Positions 18,325 through 28,379 of a stretch of 64,000 nucleotides of DNA are shown in pieces. The notes under the pieces were generated by a model. The model worked only from the letters and a program-made list of their open reading frames with translations. It was not told the DNA's origin and searched no databases. Made by a program: the position numbers and the translations under genes. Source of the stretch: a virus; the IMG/VR virus record IMGVR_UViG_3300001472_000003, positions 64,001 through 128,000 of that record; one strand, 5' to 3'. Every line of letters starts with the position of its first letter. The stretch's first letter is position 1.

Positions 18325-18662
18325 TAGATACTCCCTATTTTATATCTTGGATCATTGTAATCAATATCCTCATCTAACATTTTTCTCCAAACAATACGAA
18401 CATCCTTCCTTAAAGAATCCGTCTCTGCTTGACCTTTAGTATGACCAACTCTATGCACAGACCCAGTTAATACATTTACTAGTCTTCTAATAGCTATTGG
18501 ACTATCTTTATATTTATTAAAATATTTTCTTAATGTATTAACATTCTCTATATGGTTATTTTTCCAATTACCAATAAGCGATTTTCTGACTATCTGCCAT
18601 TCTGGATCATCGACAACTTTTTTAATATTCATAGCCTTAATAATTTTTGCATCTTCAATCAT
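18324..18662 (-). CDS. Hypothetical protein (WQIVR motif)
   Basis: 112-aa ORF, AAGGGG RBS. Confidence 0.65.
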   Translation of the reverse strand: MIEDAKIIKAMNIKKVVDDPEWQIVRKSLIGNWKNNHIENVNTLRKYFNKYKDSPIAIRRLVNVLTGSVHRVGHTKGQAETDSLRKDVRIVWRKMLDEDIDYNDPRYKIGSI

Positions 18663-18671
18663 AATAACCCC

Positions 18672-18905
18672 TTATATATATCTATCAGCTAGTTCCAACA
18701 TTTCTTCGTTTACTGCTTCATGCATAGCCATAGGATTATTATTCATTAATTCTGAGAGCTGATCATCATTTAAAGCTTTATTATTAAATTTAAAACGAGC
18801 CGCACTGATATAGGCATCACAAAAATCTGGATAATCTTTCATATCAATATTTTCTATTTCAACATTATCAACTTCTATTCCATTTAATTCAAATTTATAC
18901 ATCAT
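18672..18905 (-). CDS. Hypothetical phage protein
   Basis: IDxKDYPDFCDAYI motif; GAGG RBS. Confidence 0.65.
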   Translation of the reverse strand: MMYKFELNGIEVDNVEIENIDMKDYPDFCDAYISAARFKFNNKALNDDQLSELMNNNPMAMHEAVNEEMLELADRYI

Positions 18906-18956
18906 ATACCTCATTAATTAATTTATTATAATAATATTATATTACAGATTACTATA

Positions 18957-19475
18957 TTAAGCAACCTGTAATTGCATTACATTATCAAATTCTTTTATAT
19001 AAGAAGAAGGTAGATTAAAATGATATGTAGCGTAACTACCACCATATGGAAGATTGTGGTCATCAAATTCTTCGACCATCCATCTTAATGCTGTCTCTCG
19101 ATCGCCAGCACCTGCAGATATAATGTTTTGAACATTGCGCTCAAAGTCATCAACATTGCGTTGAGTCTGTTTAGTCTCTTCTTCGAATTGTTGTTGAGCT
19201 AGAGAACTAAACTCTTTTATTTCTTTAGCTATATCCGCAGCTGGCATATCCCAGATACCCATACCACGAGCAAAGCTTTTGCTGTATACATGAGCTACAG
19301 TCTCATACAACATATTTCTATCATCATCTAATTTAAGATCTTCAGCGGTGTATATACCTTTATCGGCCCAATAAGAAAGATCTTCTGAATACATTCCTGT
19401 CCAACGACTTGGACCCGCATTAACCCATTCTTGCTTTTTCTTATTTTCGCTTTTGATATAATCTAATAATGTCAT
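18957..19475 (-). CDS. Hypothetical phage protein
   Basis: GAGDRETALRW motif; first gene after strong promoter. Confidence 0.7.
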   Translation of the reverse strand: MTLLDYIKSENKKKQEWVNAGPSRWTGMYSEDLSYWADKGIYTAEDLKLDDDRNMLYETVAHVYSKSFARGMGIWDMPAADIAKEIKEFSSLAQQQFEEETKQTQRNVDDFERNVQNIISAGAGDRETALRWMVEEFDDHNLPYGGSYATYHFNLPSSYIKEFDNVMQLQVA

Positions 19476-19506
19476 AATGTATTTCCCTTTATCTTTATTA
19501 TAATTA

Positions 19507-19568
19507 ATAATACTATATTAAAAGATAAATGTCAACACTTTTTTTATGAAAAAAACACTTTTTTTTAT
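19507..19568 (-). promoter_or_regulatory. Strong sigma70-type early promoter with duplicated A-tract/UP element
   Basis: TTGACA(19530-35)-N17-TATTAT(19507-12); ATAAAAAAA(A)GTGTT occurs twice in tandem upstream. Confidence 0.8.
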
Positions 19569-20234
19569 TTAATTGATAATATTTGTAACTTCTTTGCGAA
19601 GACCGCTACTAGGTTCACCAAATGCACCTAAACAACAAGCAGTTACTGTTGTGCTATTTGTATCTTTAATACCTCTTTGTGAAACACATGTATGTCCTGC
19701 ATCAACAACAACCATTACATCCTGTGACTCTGTAATAAAGGCTATAGCTTGTGCTATCTGTTGTGTCAATCTTTCTTGTACTTGTGGTCTTTGAGCAAAG
19801 TATTGTGTGATACGATTAAGTTTAGATAAACCTAATACTTTTTTCTTAGGAATATAAGCTATATGTGCTTTACCTATTATAGGTCTAAGATGATGCTCAC
19901 AATCAGAATAAAGAGTAATATTTTTTTCTAATACAAATTCTTCTCCAATAGAAAACTTATTTTCAACCGTAGTACATTTAGGAAATGTATCATTTCTTAA
20001 TCCACTGAAGATTTCGTCAACATACATTTTAGCTACTCTTAATGGTGTCTCTTCTAATGAATCATCAGAAAGATCAAGCCCAAGTACTTCTAACATTTCT
20101 TTTGTTAATTTTGTTATTTTGTTTATTTTTTCTTCTCTATTAGCTGCTACTTTAGATGTAACAGGAGTATTAATGCCCATTGAAGTTAAATGATCATTGA
20201 CAGCAATACCCAATTCTAAATTATTTTTTGACAT
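19569..20234 (-). CRISPR. placeholder
   Basis: Entry typed in error; no CRISPR here, see the folE CDS entry for these coordinates. Confidence 0.
19569..20234 (-). CDS. folE: GTP cyclohydrolase I
   Basis: ETPLRVAKMY, CEHH, GLSKLNR, QVQERL, HTCVSQRG. Confidence 0.97.
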   Translation of the reverse strand: MSKNNLELGIAVNDHLTSMGINTPVTSKVAANREEKINKITKLTKEMLEVLGLDLSDDSLEETPLRVAKMYVDEIFSGLRNDTFPKCTTVENKFSIGEEFVLEKNITLYSDCEHHLRPIIGKAHIAYIPKKKVLGLSKLNRITQYFAQRPQVQERLTQQIAQAIAFITESQDVMVVVDAGHTCVSQRGIKDTNSTTVTACCLGAFGEPSSGLRKEVTNIIN

Positions 20235-20254
20235 ATATTAATTCCTCTTTTACA

Positions 20255-20707
20255 CTATTTATCTTTTTTAACTATAGCACTATTAGCCCCATGCTCGGCA
20301 CATTCAACACTTTCAACCCAACATCTTCCATCAGTTAAATCTCTAATTAAGTCATCAGCATAATTAAAAGCATGCTCTGCAAATTTTTCAACTCCAACTC
20401 CATCAAATATTACAATCTCGCACAATCCATTATTTTCTAATTCATAAAAATGTTTAATCTGTGGATCCTTTCTATCTAATACCATTTTATGATCAAAATT
20501 ATCTTGTAGCCATTCTTTTAAAGGTTTTAATCCTCCAAAGTCCGCTACCCAATTTTTATTATCTAGACTACTACATCCAAATGTAAATGTAAATGCCAAA
20601 GCATAACCATGTAGGAAAGAACAATGTGAGTGTGATGCATTAGGTTGTCTAAATACAACGCTCAAGCCAGTCTCATGACCATATTTTTTAGTTGATAAGT
20701 AAATCAA
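20255..20707 (-). CDS. queD: 6-carboxytetrahydropterin synthase QueD
   Basis: SHCSFLHGY, WVADFG, FDHK, EHGANSA. Confidence 0.9.
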   Translation of the reverse strand: MIYLSTKKYGHETGLSVVFRQPNASHSHCSFLHGYALAFTFTFGCSSLDNKNWVADFGGLKPLKEWLQDNFDHKMVLDRKDPQIKHFYELENNGLCEIVIFDGVGVEKFAEHAFNYADDLIRDLTDGRCWVESVECAEHGANSAIVKKDK

Positions 20708-20708
20708 A

Positions 20709-21605
20709 TTAAACTCCTATTAAATTGCCAAATAGATATGTATGCACTCTTGCAGCAACATTATATCCTCTTTTAAATGCCTCGTGGGCTACGTCAGCAT
20801 CCAATATCTTTTGTCCTTCTACTGTAGCACCCACTGGCATAACCCAAACTGGATATAATACACCAAGTGCTCTGCAGTTATCTATAACATCTTCCATCTC
20901 TCGCCACGATTCTTTACTTCCATTAATAACAAATTTTATTTGTCCTTCATTAGACAATTTATAATATTGTGATATAATATCTGGTCTAATTGATTTCTCA
21001 GCTTTTTCACCGGATACAGAAAATAATTTAGGCGATATAGAAAAGAATACTTCATTAAGCCTATCTCTTTGCCATGTTTGGAAAAAATCCATAAAATCAT
21101 TACTTAATAATTGTGTGCCATTTGTCTCATATGTTACTGATAAAGGTTCATCTTTTTGTTCTATAAATTCTTGTAATAGTTCTACTGATGCTAATTGTGC
21201 ATGCTTCATAAGAGGTTCACCACCAGTAAAACACATATGTTGATTAGTATATCCAAAATTAAATAGTCCTTTAGGATTTTTATTACTAATCATACTTTCT
21301 CTTATTTTTGTAGCAATTTGTTCAATTGTTCCTTTACGCTGCAAATCCTTAAATTTTTTAGCCCAAGAATAAGATGAATCACACCCATATTCAAATACTG
21401 GCAAATCTTCCATATGATCATAATCTTCTACATTAATCTCTGTATATGGAAGTTTATATGATTTAGGATCTGTAGGGTCATCTTGCCCGAAACCATTACA
21501 TTGTAAATTGCATAAGAAGAATCTTAGCCACGATGTAGGAACTCCAGTATATTGTCCCTCTCCTTGAATAGAATGAAATATTTCTGAATACAAATATTCT
21601 TTCAT
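20709..21605 (-). CDS. queE: 7-carboxy-7-deazaguanine synthase QueE (radical SAM)
   Basis: EIFHSIQGEG, CNLQC...(long insert)...CDS, TGGEP, ETNG, SPK. Confidence 0.93.
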   Translation of the reverse strand: MKEYLYSEIFHSIQGEGQYTGVPTSWLRFFLCNLQCNGFGQDDPTDPKSYKLPYTEINVEDYDHMEDLPVFEYGCDSSYSWAKKFKDLQRKGTIEQIATKIRESMISNKNPKGLFNFGYTNQHMCFTGGEPLMKHAQLASVELLQEFIEQKDEPLSVTYETNGTQLLSNDFMDFFQTWQRDRLNEVFFSISPKLFSVSGEKAEKSIRPDIISQYYKLSNEGQIKFVINGSKESWREMEDVIDNCRALGVLYPVWVMPVGATVEGQKILDADVAHEAFKRGYNVAARVHTYLFGNLIGV

Positions 21606-22144
21606 TATGTCATCTCCTTCATTGAATTTATTTGATTTTCCCTAATAATATCTATTATACTATAATTTTTATTTTTAGTCCACCTTTTTATTGCGGCTTC
21701 TTTATGGAATCTATTAGCTCTTTTAAAAAAAGTTATACCTTCAATAAGATCATGTTGTTGCTGAAATACTCTAGCACTCATACCTGTAAATTTTTCTACA
21801 TTAAAATTACCTGCAGGATCTTGAAATCTGACACGTATGTGTTTTGGTCTTTTAATTTTCATTATTATACCTGGATGGGATAAACATGTCTCATCCAACA
21901 CAATTAATTCATCTGATGATGATGTGATGATAGGATTAAAACATACAAATTTAGGATCTGTATTAAGAACAAATACTTTATATGGCAATCCTATTTGATT
22001 AGCAGATACACCATTACCTTCAAAATGTATAAGATTTTTAACTAACATATTGGCTAATTCTTTTGGATCTATTTGAGGCTCTTTAAAATTAAAAATATTA
22101 GTAGGATGACTTAGTAATTCATTATATTTAGCTAATTTTATCAT
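21605..22144 (-). CDS. Peptide deformylase-like protein, degenerate active site
   Basis: GNGVSANQIG, ETCLSHPG, but QQQHDL in place of QHExDH. Confidence 0.8.
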   Translation of the reverse strand: MIKLAKYNELLSHPTNIFNFKEPQIDPKELANMLVKNLIHFEGNGVSANQIGLPYKVFVLNTDPKFVCFNPIITSSSDELIVLDETCLSHPGIIMKIKRPKHIRVRFQDPAGNFNVEKFTGMSARVFQQQHDLIEGITFFKRANRFHKEAAIKRWTKNKNYSIIDIIRENQINSMKEMT

Positions 22145-23856
22145 GCCGCAATCCTCGAGAAATTTTTAATTTTTTCAAATTTAATAACATTATGAAATTT
22201 ATCAAATAATGCATCACCTTTATGGCTTATAATAAATAGGTTTGTATCAGCAGTTAAATCATTTATTATTTTAAGAAATTCTTCAGTGCCACTATTGTCT
22301 AAAGATGAATCGAACACTTCATCCATCAATAATAAATTGGTACTTATACTATTTTTTATCTTAGCAATAGCTCTCCATGTAAATAATAATGCTAGGTCTA
22401 TCCTCATCTTTTCACCTTCTGAAAACGAATCATAAGAAAAATCATCTCTATATCTAGATCGAATTTTTTCATTAAAATTTTCATCGAGCTCAAATTTAAC
22501 AAAGAAATCCATTGCTGCTAAATACTTGTTAACAAGTTTATTAATAATAGGAACATATTGTTTAATAATTCTAGACTTAATGCCAGAGTCTCTTAATATT
22601 TTAGATGCAGAATCAAGTAATATTTTTTTATCTATAAGATTATTTTTTTCTGTTCTTAAAAGTCCTAATTCTTTTTTTAATTCTTTAAGTGTTTTTTCCG
22701 CTGTATTATCTTCTTTAAGTTTACTTTTAATTGTATTATTGTCATTTTGAAATTCTTCGATTAGTCTATTACACGCATTTATAGTAGATTGTATATTACT
22801 ATACTCTCGTTGTTTATTATCTACTTGTTTAATAACATCTAACATTTCATTCATTGTTTTGTTAGTATTATTGGTTTCATCTTTTAATAGAGTTAAACCA
22901 TTCTTTGATTCATCTAATTTTTCTTGTTTAGATAATACATGAGAGCATTTAAATTCTTCATCTATATCTTGGTGACAAGTTGGACAATTTTCATGATTAT
23001 CAAAGAACGAAATTTCTTTTTCTAAATTGATAATATTTTGTTCTATTTTTGTTTCTATTTTTGTTAGTTGATTTATTTTTGCTTCAATTTTAGTTTTATC
23101 TTTTATTTGTTCTTGTAATATATCGATAGATTCCATAATATTTTTTTGTTCTATATTATATAAAGATATATTATTAGTATTCTCTTTAATCTTAATATTA
23201 TTAGATTCAAGACGTTCATTATTATTATCCGATAATGATTTGATATGATTCTCTTGCAATGCAATTTTATCTTCAGATGAATTTATTTTATAATCATTCT
23301 CTAATGTGTCATCACGATGTTGTTGGCTTTTTGATTTTAATAAAATATTCATAGTAGAAAATACTTGCAAGTCTAAAAGGTCTTCTATTACCTCTCTTCT
23401 ATTAGAAGATGATAGTTGCATAAATGGTGTAAATGATGCACTACCTAATACTACAATTTGTGAAAAAGATTTATGATTTAATTTTAATATTTGATTGGTT
23501 AATAAATCTTGATAGTCTCTAATAGCTGCATCTTGATTTATCATTTTACCATTTTGATATACTTCAAATATTGTAGGTTTAATTCCTCTTTTAATTATAT
23601 AATTATGTTTACCTACTGCAAATTCAACCACTACTAAAGCATCCCGCCCATTTATAGTATTAACTAATTGTGCTTTGGTTATTTTTCTAAAAGCTCTACC
23701 ATATAATGCTAAAGACAGAGCATCTAATAATGTAGACTTTCCTGCGCCATTCTCACCTACTATTAGTGTAGATTTAGATTTAATCAAATTAACTTCAGTC
23801 CACGTATCCCCAGTAGATAAGAAATTTTTCCATTTTATATATTTAAATTTTATCAT
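22141..23856 (-). CDS. 46: Recombination endonuclease subunit gp46 (Rad50-like)
   Basis: GENGAGKS, CPTC zinc hook, FSEGE, MDEVFD. Confidence 0.96.
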   Translation of the reverse strand: MIKFKYIKWKNFLSTGDTWTEVNLIKSKSTLIVGENGAGKSTLLDALSLALYGRAFRKITKAQLVNTINGRDALVVVEFAVGKHNYIIKRGIKPTIFEVYQNGKMINQDAAIRDYQDLLTNQILKLNHKSFSQIVVLGSASFTPFMQLSSSNRREVIEDLLDLQVFSTMNILLKSKSQQHRDDTLENDYKINSSEDKIALQENHIKSLSDNNNERLESNNIKIKENTNNISLYNIEQKNIMESIDILQEQIKDKTKIEAKINQLTKIETKIEQNIINLEKEISFFDNHENCPTCHQDIDEEFKCSHVLSKQEKLDESKNGLTLLKDETNNTNKTMNEMLDVIKQVDNKQREYSNIQSTINACNRLIEEFQNDNNTIKSKLKEDNTAEKTLKELKKELGLLRTEKNNLIDKKILLDSASKILRDSGIKSRIIKQYVPIINKLVNKYLAAMDFFVKFELDENFNEKIRSRYRDDFSYDSFSEGEKMRIDLALLFTWRAIAKIKNSISTNLLLMDEVFDSSLDNSGTEEFLKIINDLTADTNLFIISHKGDALFDKFHNVIKFEKIKNFSRIAA

Positions 23857-24917
23857 ATTGTATTAAGTGCTTCCGTATATAATTCTCTCATTAATTTTGA
23901 TAATGCTATTTTATCTGTCTCATCATTAGTAATTGATTCGACATACTTGTCTAATATAGTTAATGTGTCTTCTGCTTCATCTATAAGACTATTATCATCT
24001 TCCATATCAAGATTTAAATGGTCTTCTACAACCTGTAGATGTGCTGGGTTTGACTTTTCTATTTGTTCTACATACATATCAAACCAATATGGATTTGATT
24101 TTTCTTTTACAATAAGCTTAATGAAACAATCATTTAAATGGCTGAAATCTTCAGTTACTGAAGAGGTTGGATCAATATCACTATCACTATACCATATTTT
24201 ATGATATATTCTATGTGTATTTTCAATAAATGTTAATTCACGTGTATCTGTATCAAATATATGAAATCCTCTTTTATCATTCCAATCAGACCACGTCATT
24301 TCATATGGTGCACCTAGATATGATATATTGCCTTTAGTCGATTTATGATGGTAATGTCCTGTATATACAATATCAAATTTTTTAAAAATATCTGCTTCAT
24401 ATCCATGATCACTAACTGATCCTTTAAACCATTCAAATCCAATAAGTTCTAAATGACCCATAAGTACTTGTGCTTTTGTATTGTTTATATGGTCAAAGCA
24501 TAATTGCTGATTGTCTGTTGCTATCCATGGCATTAAACAAATATCTAATCCATCAATATTAATATCAGTAGGATTTTTATATGATATAATATTTTTATAT
24601 CCAGACAATAATAAATCTACACTATTACAATCATTAGTATTTTTAAAATAATCATTGTGATTGCCAACTAATGAATGTAATGTAATATTATTATTTTCTA
24701 ACTTGTCGTAGAACATTTCTTTTGCAGACTGTAAAGAAAAATAATTAATATATTTTCTTCTATCAAATGAGTCGCCTAAGTCTATTACTGTATCTATATT
24801 ATATGATTTTATTGTAGGAAAAAATATATTGTCATAAAATTTTTTATAATAATTAATAAACTTTACATTATCATTTCTTACACCAAAATGTTGGTCAGTT
24901 ATTAGCGCTATCTTCAT
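23853..24917 (-). CDS. 47: Recombination endonuclease subunit gp47 (Mre11-like)
   Basis: TDQHFG, LGDSFDRRK, GNH, GHYH. Confidence 0.96.
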   Translation of the reverse strand: MKIALITDQHFGVRNDNVKFINYYKKFYDNIFFPTIKSYNIDTVIDLGDSFDRRKYINYFSLQSAKEMFYDKLENNNITLHSLVGNHNDYFKNTNDCNSVDLLLSGYKNIISYKNPTDINIDGLDICLMPWIATDNQQLCFDHINNTKAQVLMGHLELIGFEWFKGSVSDHGYEADIFKKFDIVYTGHYHHKSTKGNISYLGAPYEMTWSDWNDKRGFHIFDTDTRELTFIENTHRIYHKIWYSDSDIDPTSSVTEDFSHLNDCFIKLIVKEKSNPYWFDMYVEQIEKSNPAHLQVVEDHLNLDMEDDNSLIDEAEDTLTILDKYVESITNDETDKIALSKLMRELYTEALNTI

Positions 24918-25455
24918 TTACTAAAACTCCACTGTCTTTAATTAATCTAACTCGTCTTTGTTCTTTTTTTTCTGCTTCTTTATCTTCATAATTTTTAATA
25001 AAGTCTGTCATGTATTCATTTTTCAAATCAACATAAGCAGGTTTTACCGCTTCGTCCATATGTTCAGATTGTGAGACTATTGTATTAAGTATCATACTAT
25101 TTTCTACAAACTTATGTCTAACATACATTTGTTTCTTTTCTTTTTGTATTCGTCTAAGAAATGCAAAATATATTATTTGTGTAAAATATGCAAACGGGTT
25201 TGATGATTTATCTGGGTTAAAATTATTTAAATAATTAATACAATTTTCGAGACCATCTGAAATCATTTCTTCTCTAAAGGTATAATTAATAAAATTAGGC
25301 TTCCTAGATAATCTATTTGCTATTTGATGTAGACACACTCCGACATATTCGGGTACCCTAGGAGCAGGCTTCTCAGCTTTCTCCGCTTCTAATCTTTTAT
25401 TTCGATGTTCAACAAGAACAGCAAATAATTTTTTATTATCTACATAATGTGCCAT
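24895..25455 (-). CDS. 55: Late sigma factor gp55
   Basis: HYVDNK, PNFINY, NPFAYFTQI, RRIQKEKKQ. Confidence 0.96.
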   Translation of the reverse strand: MAHYVDNKKLFAVLVEHRNKRLEAEKAEKPAPRVPEYVGVCLHQIANRLSRKPNFINYTFREEMISDGLENCINYLNNFNPDKSSNPFAYFTQIIYFAFLRRIQKEKKQMYVRHKFVENSMILNTIVSQSEHMDEAVKPAYVDLKNEYMTDFIKNYEDKEAEKKEQRRVRLIKDSGVLVNEDSANN

Positions 25456-25463
25456 TTTATTTC

Positions 25464-25892
25464 CTAATTTAATTTATTCTTATCTATTTTTAATAATTCA
25501 AAGAATGCTTCGAGATCATTTTTATCTGGAGATGCACTTTTTTGTTTATTATTATTATTATAACCTTTTTCTTGATTAGTGTCAACATAAATATCCGCAT
25601 CATCAAATTCTTTATTTACAACAGTGTTATATTGATCTATTATAGTATCATGTATGTTAGTATAACTATTGATAATAAATTTAGGATTTATAGTTACTGT
25701 ATCGCCTTTTTTTATTTTACCAAATGCTTGCCAAGGACCAACTAAAGCATAGACAATTCTTTGACCATTATTGTTCAGTATATATAACCACGGGTCTTCT
25801 ATGACAAGTAAATCGCCAGTATATGCTGGATTTTTAGCAATAATGTTCTCCCCATTGCTTAATTTTAAACAAATATATTTTTCATTTAACAT
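25464..25892 (-). CDS. Conserved hypothetical protein (possible Sm-like fold)
   Basis: LKLSNGENII N-terminus; usual position between uvsW and 55. Confidence 0.6.
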   Translation of the reverse strand: MLNEKYICLKLSNGENIIAKNPAYTGDLLVIEDPWLYILNNNGQRIVYALVGPWQAFGKIKKGDTVTINPKFIINSYTNIHDTIIDQYNTVVNKEFDDADIYVDTNQEKGYNNNNKQKSASPDKNDLEAFFELLKIDKNKLN

Positions 25893-25894
25893 TG

Positions 25895-27361
25895 TTATAC
25901 CTTTATTTTTATTGTATAAATTTTATATTCAAACTTCTCTTCATTATAGGTTTTAATTCGTTCTGCGAAGTGTTGTATAGTATAATTGTGTTTACTCTTA
26001 TGTGTTAAATCATCTGCTATATCATAAAGGGTTGCAGATGATTTTGAATCGCTTTTACGTAAACCTCTACCGATTGATTGTAGATTTCGTATTCTTGATT
26101 TAGTTGGGCTAGCAAAAACAATATTATGAAGATTCTTAATATTTATACCTGTCGAAAAGGTGCCATATGATGCAACTATTATCGCATCAGATTCTTCCTC
26201 AACTAATGCCCTTATGTCTTCTCTAATATTGGCTTTTATATCACCAGAGACATAATGTAATTGTCTTTGAAATAATGCTTTATCTATTTCATCTTTAATA
26301 TCTTTAAAAAGTATTTTACCATGTTTATCTACAAATTGAAATAGTAAAAGTGTATTACCTTTTAATGACATCACAAGATTTTTAATAAATGTATTTCTTG
26401 CATTAAGCCTAACAATATAATCCATTTCTTCTGCATAAGTTGATTTGGATAATAACTTTCTTATCTCAGTAGGATATTGTAATACTAAAGCTTTAATTTT
26501 AAAGTCAGCTAAATGCCCTTGACCAATTAATTCAGATGATGTAGTAACTTTTTTTACTGCACCAAATAATCCTTCTAATACAAGTTTATGAGTTTGAGTG
26601 CCATCTAGTGTTCCCGTAAATCCAAATCTATATTTACAATTTTCTAACTTTGTCATTATAGCTGTTAATGATTTTGATTTGAATAAATGAGCTTCATCGC
26701 CAACAACTACATCGAAATCTCTAAACCATGCTTTAGGTTGTTTAAATATTGATTGCCATGTTGTTATAACAATAGGTGTATTAATACTTTCTTTCCATTC
26801 TTTAGATTCTGTTCCTGTAATTACTGTGCATTCACCTTCATAACCATATTCTTTAAAATCAGTTTTCATTTGATATACTAAGGATGTTGTGGGAACTATA
26901 ATTAGTTTAATACCATCATAATATTGTGTTAACAGATATATTATTAATGATTTACCGGATGCTGTGGGTGATAGTAATAATGATCTATTAAATCTAATAG
27001 CATGCATAAAAGCTTTTATTTGATAATCTCTTGGCATATATTTTAAATTTAATGATTGTATAAAGGTGCTAGCATCACTTTCTGAGAAGGTATTGCCACC
27101 CAACATATCATCAAGTTCTACCGCATAATCTCTTTCTTTAGCAAATGTATATATGTAATACTGTAGACCTGCGTATATTAATTGTGTGGCTGGGTTATAT
27201 AATCTTATTTTTCCATCCCACATTTTATTACGGACTGATGGTATAAATTGTGCACCGGGAATTGTAAATGTAAAATATTCACTTAATTCATATCCAAGAC
27301 TTGGTTCTACGTCTAACTTAATAAAAACTTCATTATAATAATTTATTTTAATATCTATCAT
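25895..27361 (-). CDS. uvsW: DNA helicase UvsW
   Basis: PRDYQ, PTASGKS, DEAH, QSIGRGLR. Confidence 0.96.
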   Translation of the reverse strand: MIDIKINYYNEVFIKLDVEPSLGYELSEYFTFTIPGAQFIPSVRNKMWDGKIRLYNPATQLIYAGLQYYIYTFAKERDYAVELDDMLGGNTFSESDASTFIQSLNLKYMPRDYQIKAFMHAIRFNRSLLLSPTASGKSLIIYLLTQYYDGIKLIIVPTTSLVYQMKTDFKEYGYEGECTVITGTESKEWKESINTPIVITTWQSIFKQPKAWFRDFDVVVGDEAHLFKSKSLTAIMTKLENCKYRFGFTGTLDGTQTHKLVLEGLFGAVKKVTTSSELIGQGHLADFKIKALVLQYPTEIRKLLSKSTYAEEMDYIVRLNARNTFIKNLVMSLKGNTLLLFQFVDKHGKILFKDIKDEIDKALFQRQLHYVSGDIKANIREDIRALVEEESDAIIVASYGTFSTGINIKNLHNIVFASPTKSRIRNLQSIGRGLRKSDSKSSATLYDIADDLTHKSKHNYTIQHFAERIKTYNEEKFEYKIYTIKIKV

Positions 27362-27792
27362 ATACCTACTTTAAATTTTTCCCAATCAATTGCAGACTTA
27401 ATATTAAATCCTCTATTAACAAGAGACTTAATAACATTCTCTAAAAAATCTACTTTCTCTTTAGCTAAAGCAGTTTTCATATTGTGTTCTATTATTTGAT
27501 TGTCAGAATCAATATATAGTGAGAGATCTTGTTTTATTATTTTAAGTGGATTAGGTTCCCATCCAAGTTCATTCAATTCAGTATGATCCATATGGCCTTG
27601 AAAATAATCCCATTTTTGTTTATATAATCTTTTATAATCTATTTCTAATTTTCTTAATTTTAATCTTTCATAAGAAAACATTTTATAATATTTAGAATGT
27701 AGCTGTGGTATTTTTAATGATTCTTCACCTAACTCAGTTCTATCGATGTTAGAATCATTTGACCAAGCTTCCATTATCTCTTCCATTGTCAT
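27358..27792 (-). CDS. uvsY: Recombination mediator UvsY
   Basis: IPQLHSKY, RGFNIKSAIDW. Confidence 0.93.
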   Translation of the reverse strand: MTMEEIMEAWSNDSNIDRTELGEESLKIPQLHSKYYKMFSYERLKLRKLEIDYKRLYKQKWDYFQGHMDHTELNELGWEPNPLKIIKQDLSLYIDSDNQIIEHNMKTALAKEKVDFLENVIKSLVNRGFNIKSAIDWEKFKVGI

Positions 27793-27851
27793 AGAGGCTC
27801 CATTACGAAATTATACTTTTTAATTTATAATAACATATTATGAGGTAAATG

Positions 27852-28379
27852 TCACGTTATTTTTTTGATTTCGAAAAGATTATATCTAAAAGATGCGGTT
27901 GCTTCAACATATGGAATATCTTGTGCTCTATTGTCAAATTGCAAGTCTCCTATACTGACTGGATATAATTGAGAGAATACAGCTGCTATATTTGAATTAT
28001 TATGGCTAGTCATAATTGTTAAAGTACCATCTGCATATATTCCTTCTCCGGTACCATCTGCAGATTTTTGAATAGCTTTATATTGATCAAAGTTTTCAGG
28101 ATATCCTACAGCAACTATCCAATTATATAACTCAAGATAATTTGTCATATCTTCGTCAACCATAAAGGTTATCATCAACTCTCCGAATGTTATATGGTCA
28201 CCTGGAATTGGTATTTTAAGAAATGGTGTATCTTGTCCTTGTGTTTCTCCTAATGACACACTAGGCAAATTAACAGATTGACACATAAATGAAGTATATG
28301 GCAATTTTTTAATATCCAATCTATATTTTAAACTGGAAAGAAAATTTTTATTTGGTGGTGAGGAGGTTAACACACTCAT
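27852..28379 (-). CDS. 3: Tail tube terminator / completion protein gp3
   Basis: NFLS, QSVNLP, FMVDEDMTNY, ASFRY. Confidence 0.9.
   Translation of the reverse strand: MSVLTSSPPNKNFLSSLKYRLDIKKLPYTSFMCQSVNLPSVSLGETQGQDTPFLKIPIPGDHITFGELMITFMVDEDMTNYLELYNWIVAVGYPENFDQYKAIQKSADGTGEGIYADGTLTIMTSHNNSNIAAVFSQLYPVSIGDLQFDNRAQDIPYVEATASFRYNLFEIKKIT

Noticed and set aside
19569-20234. Feature-list entry typed CRISPR with confidence 0
   Set aside because: Entered in error; this interval is the folE CDS and no CRISPR array was found anywhere in the window
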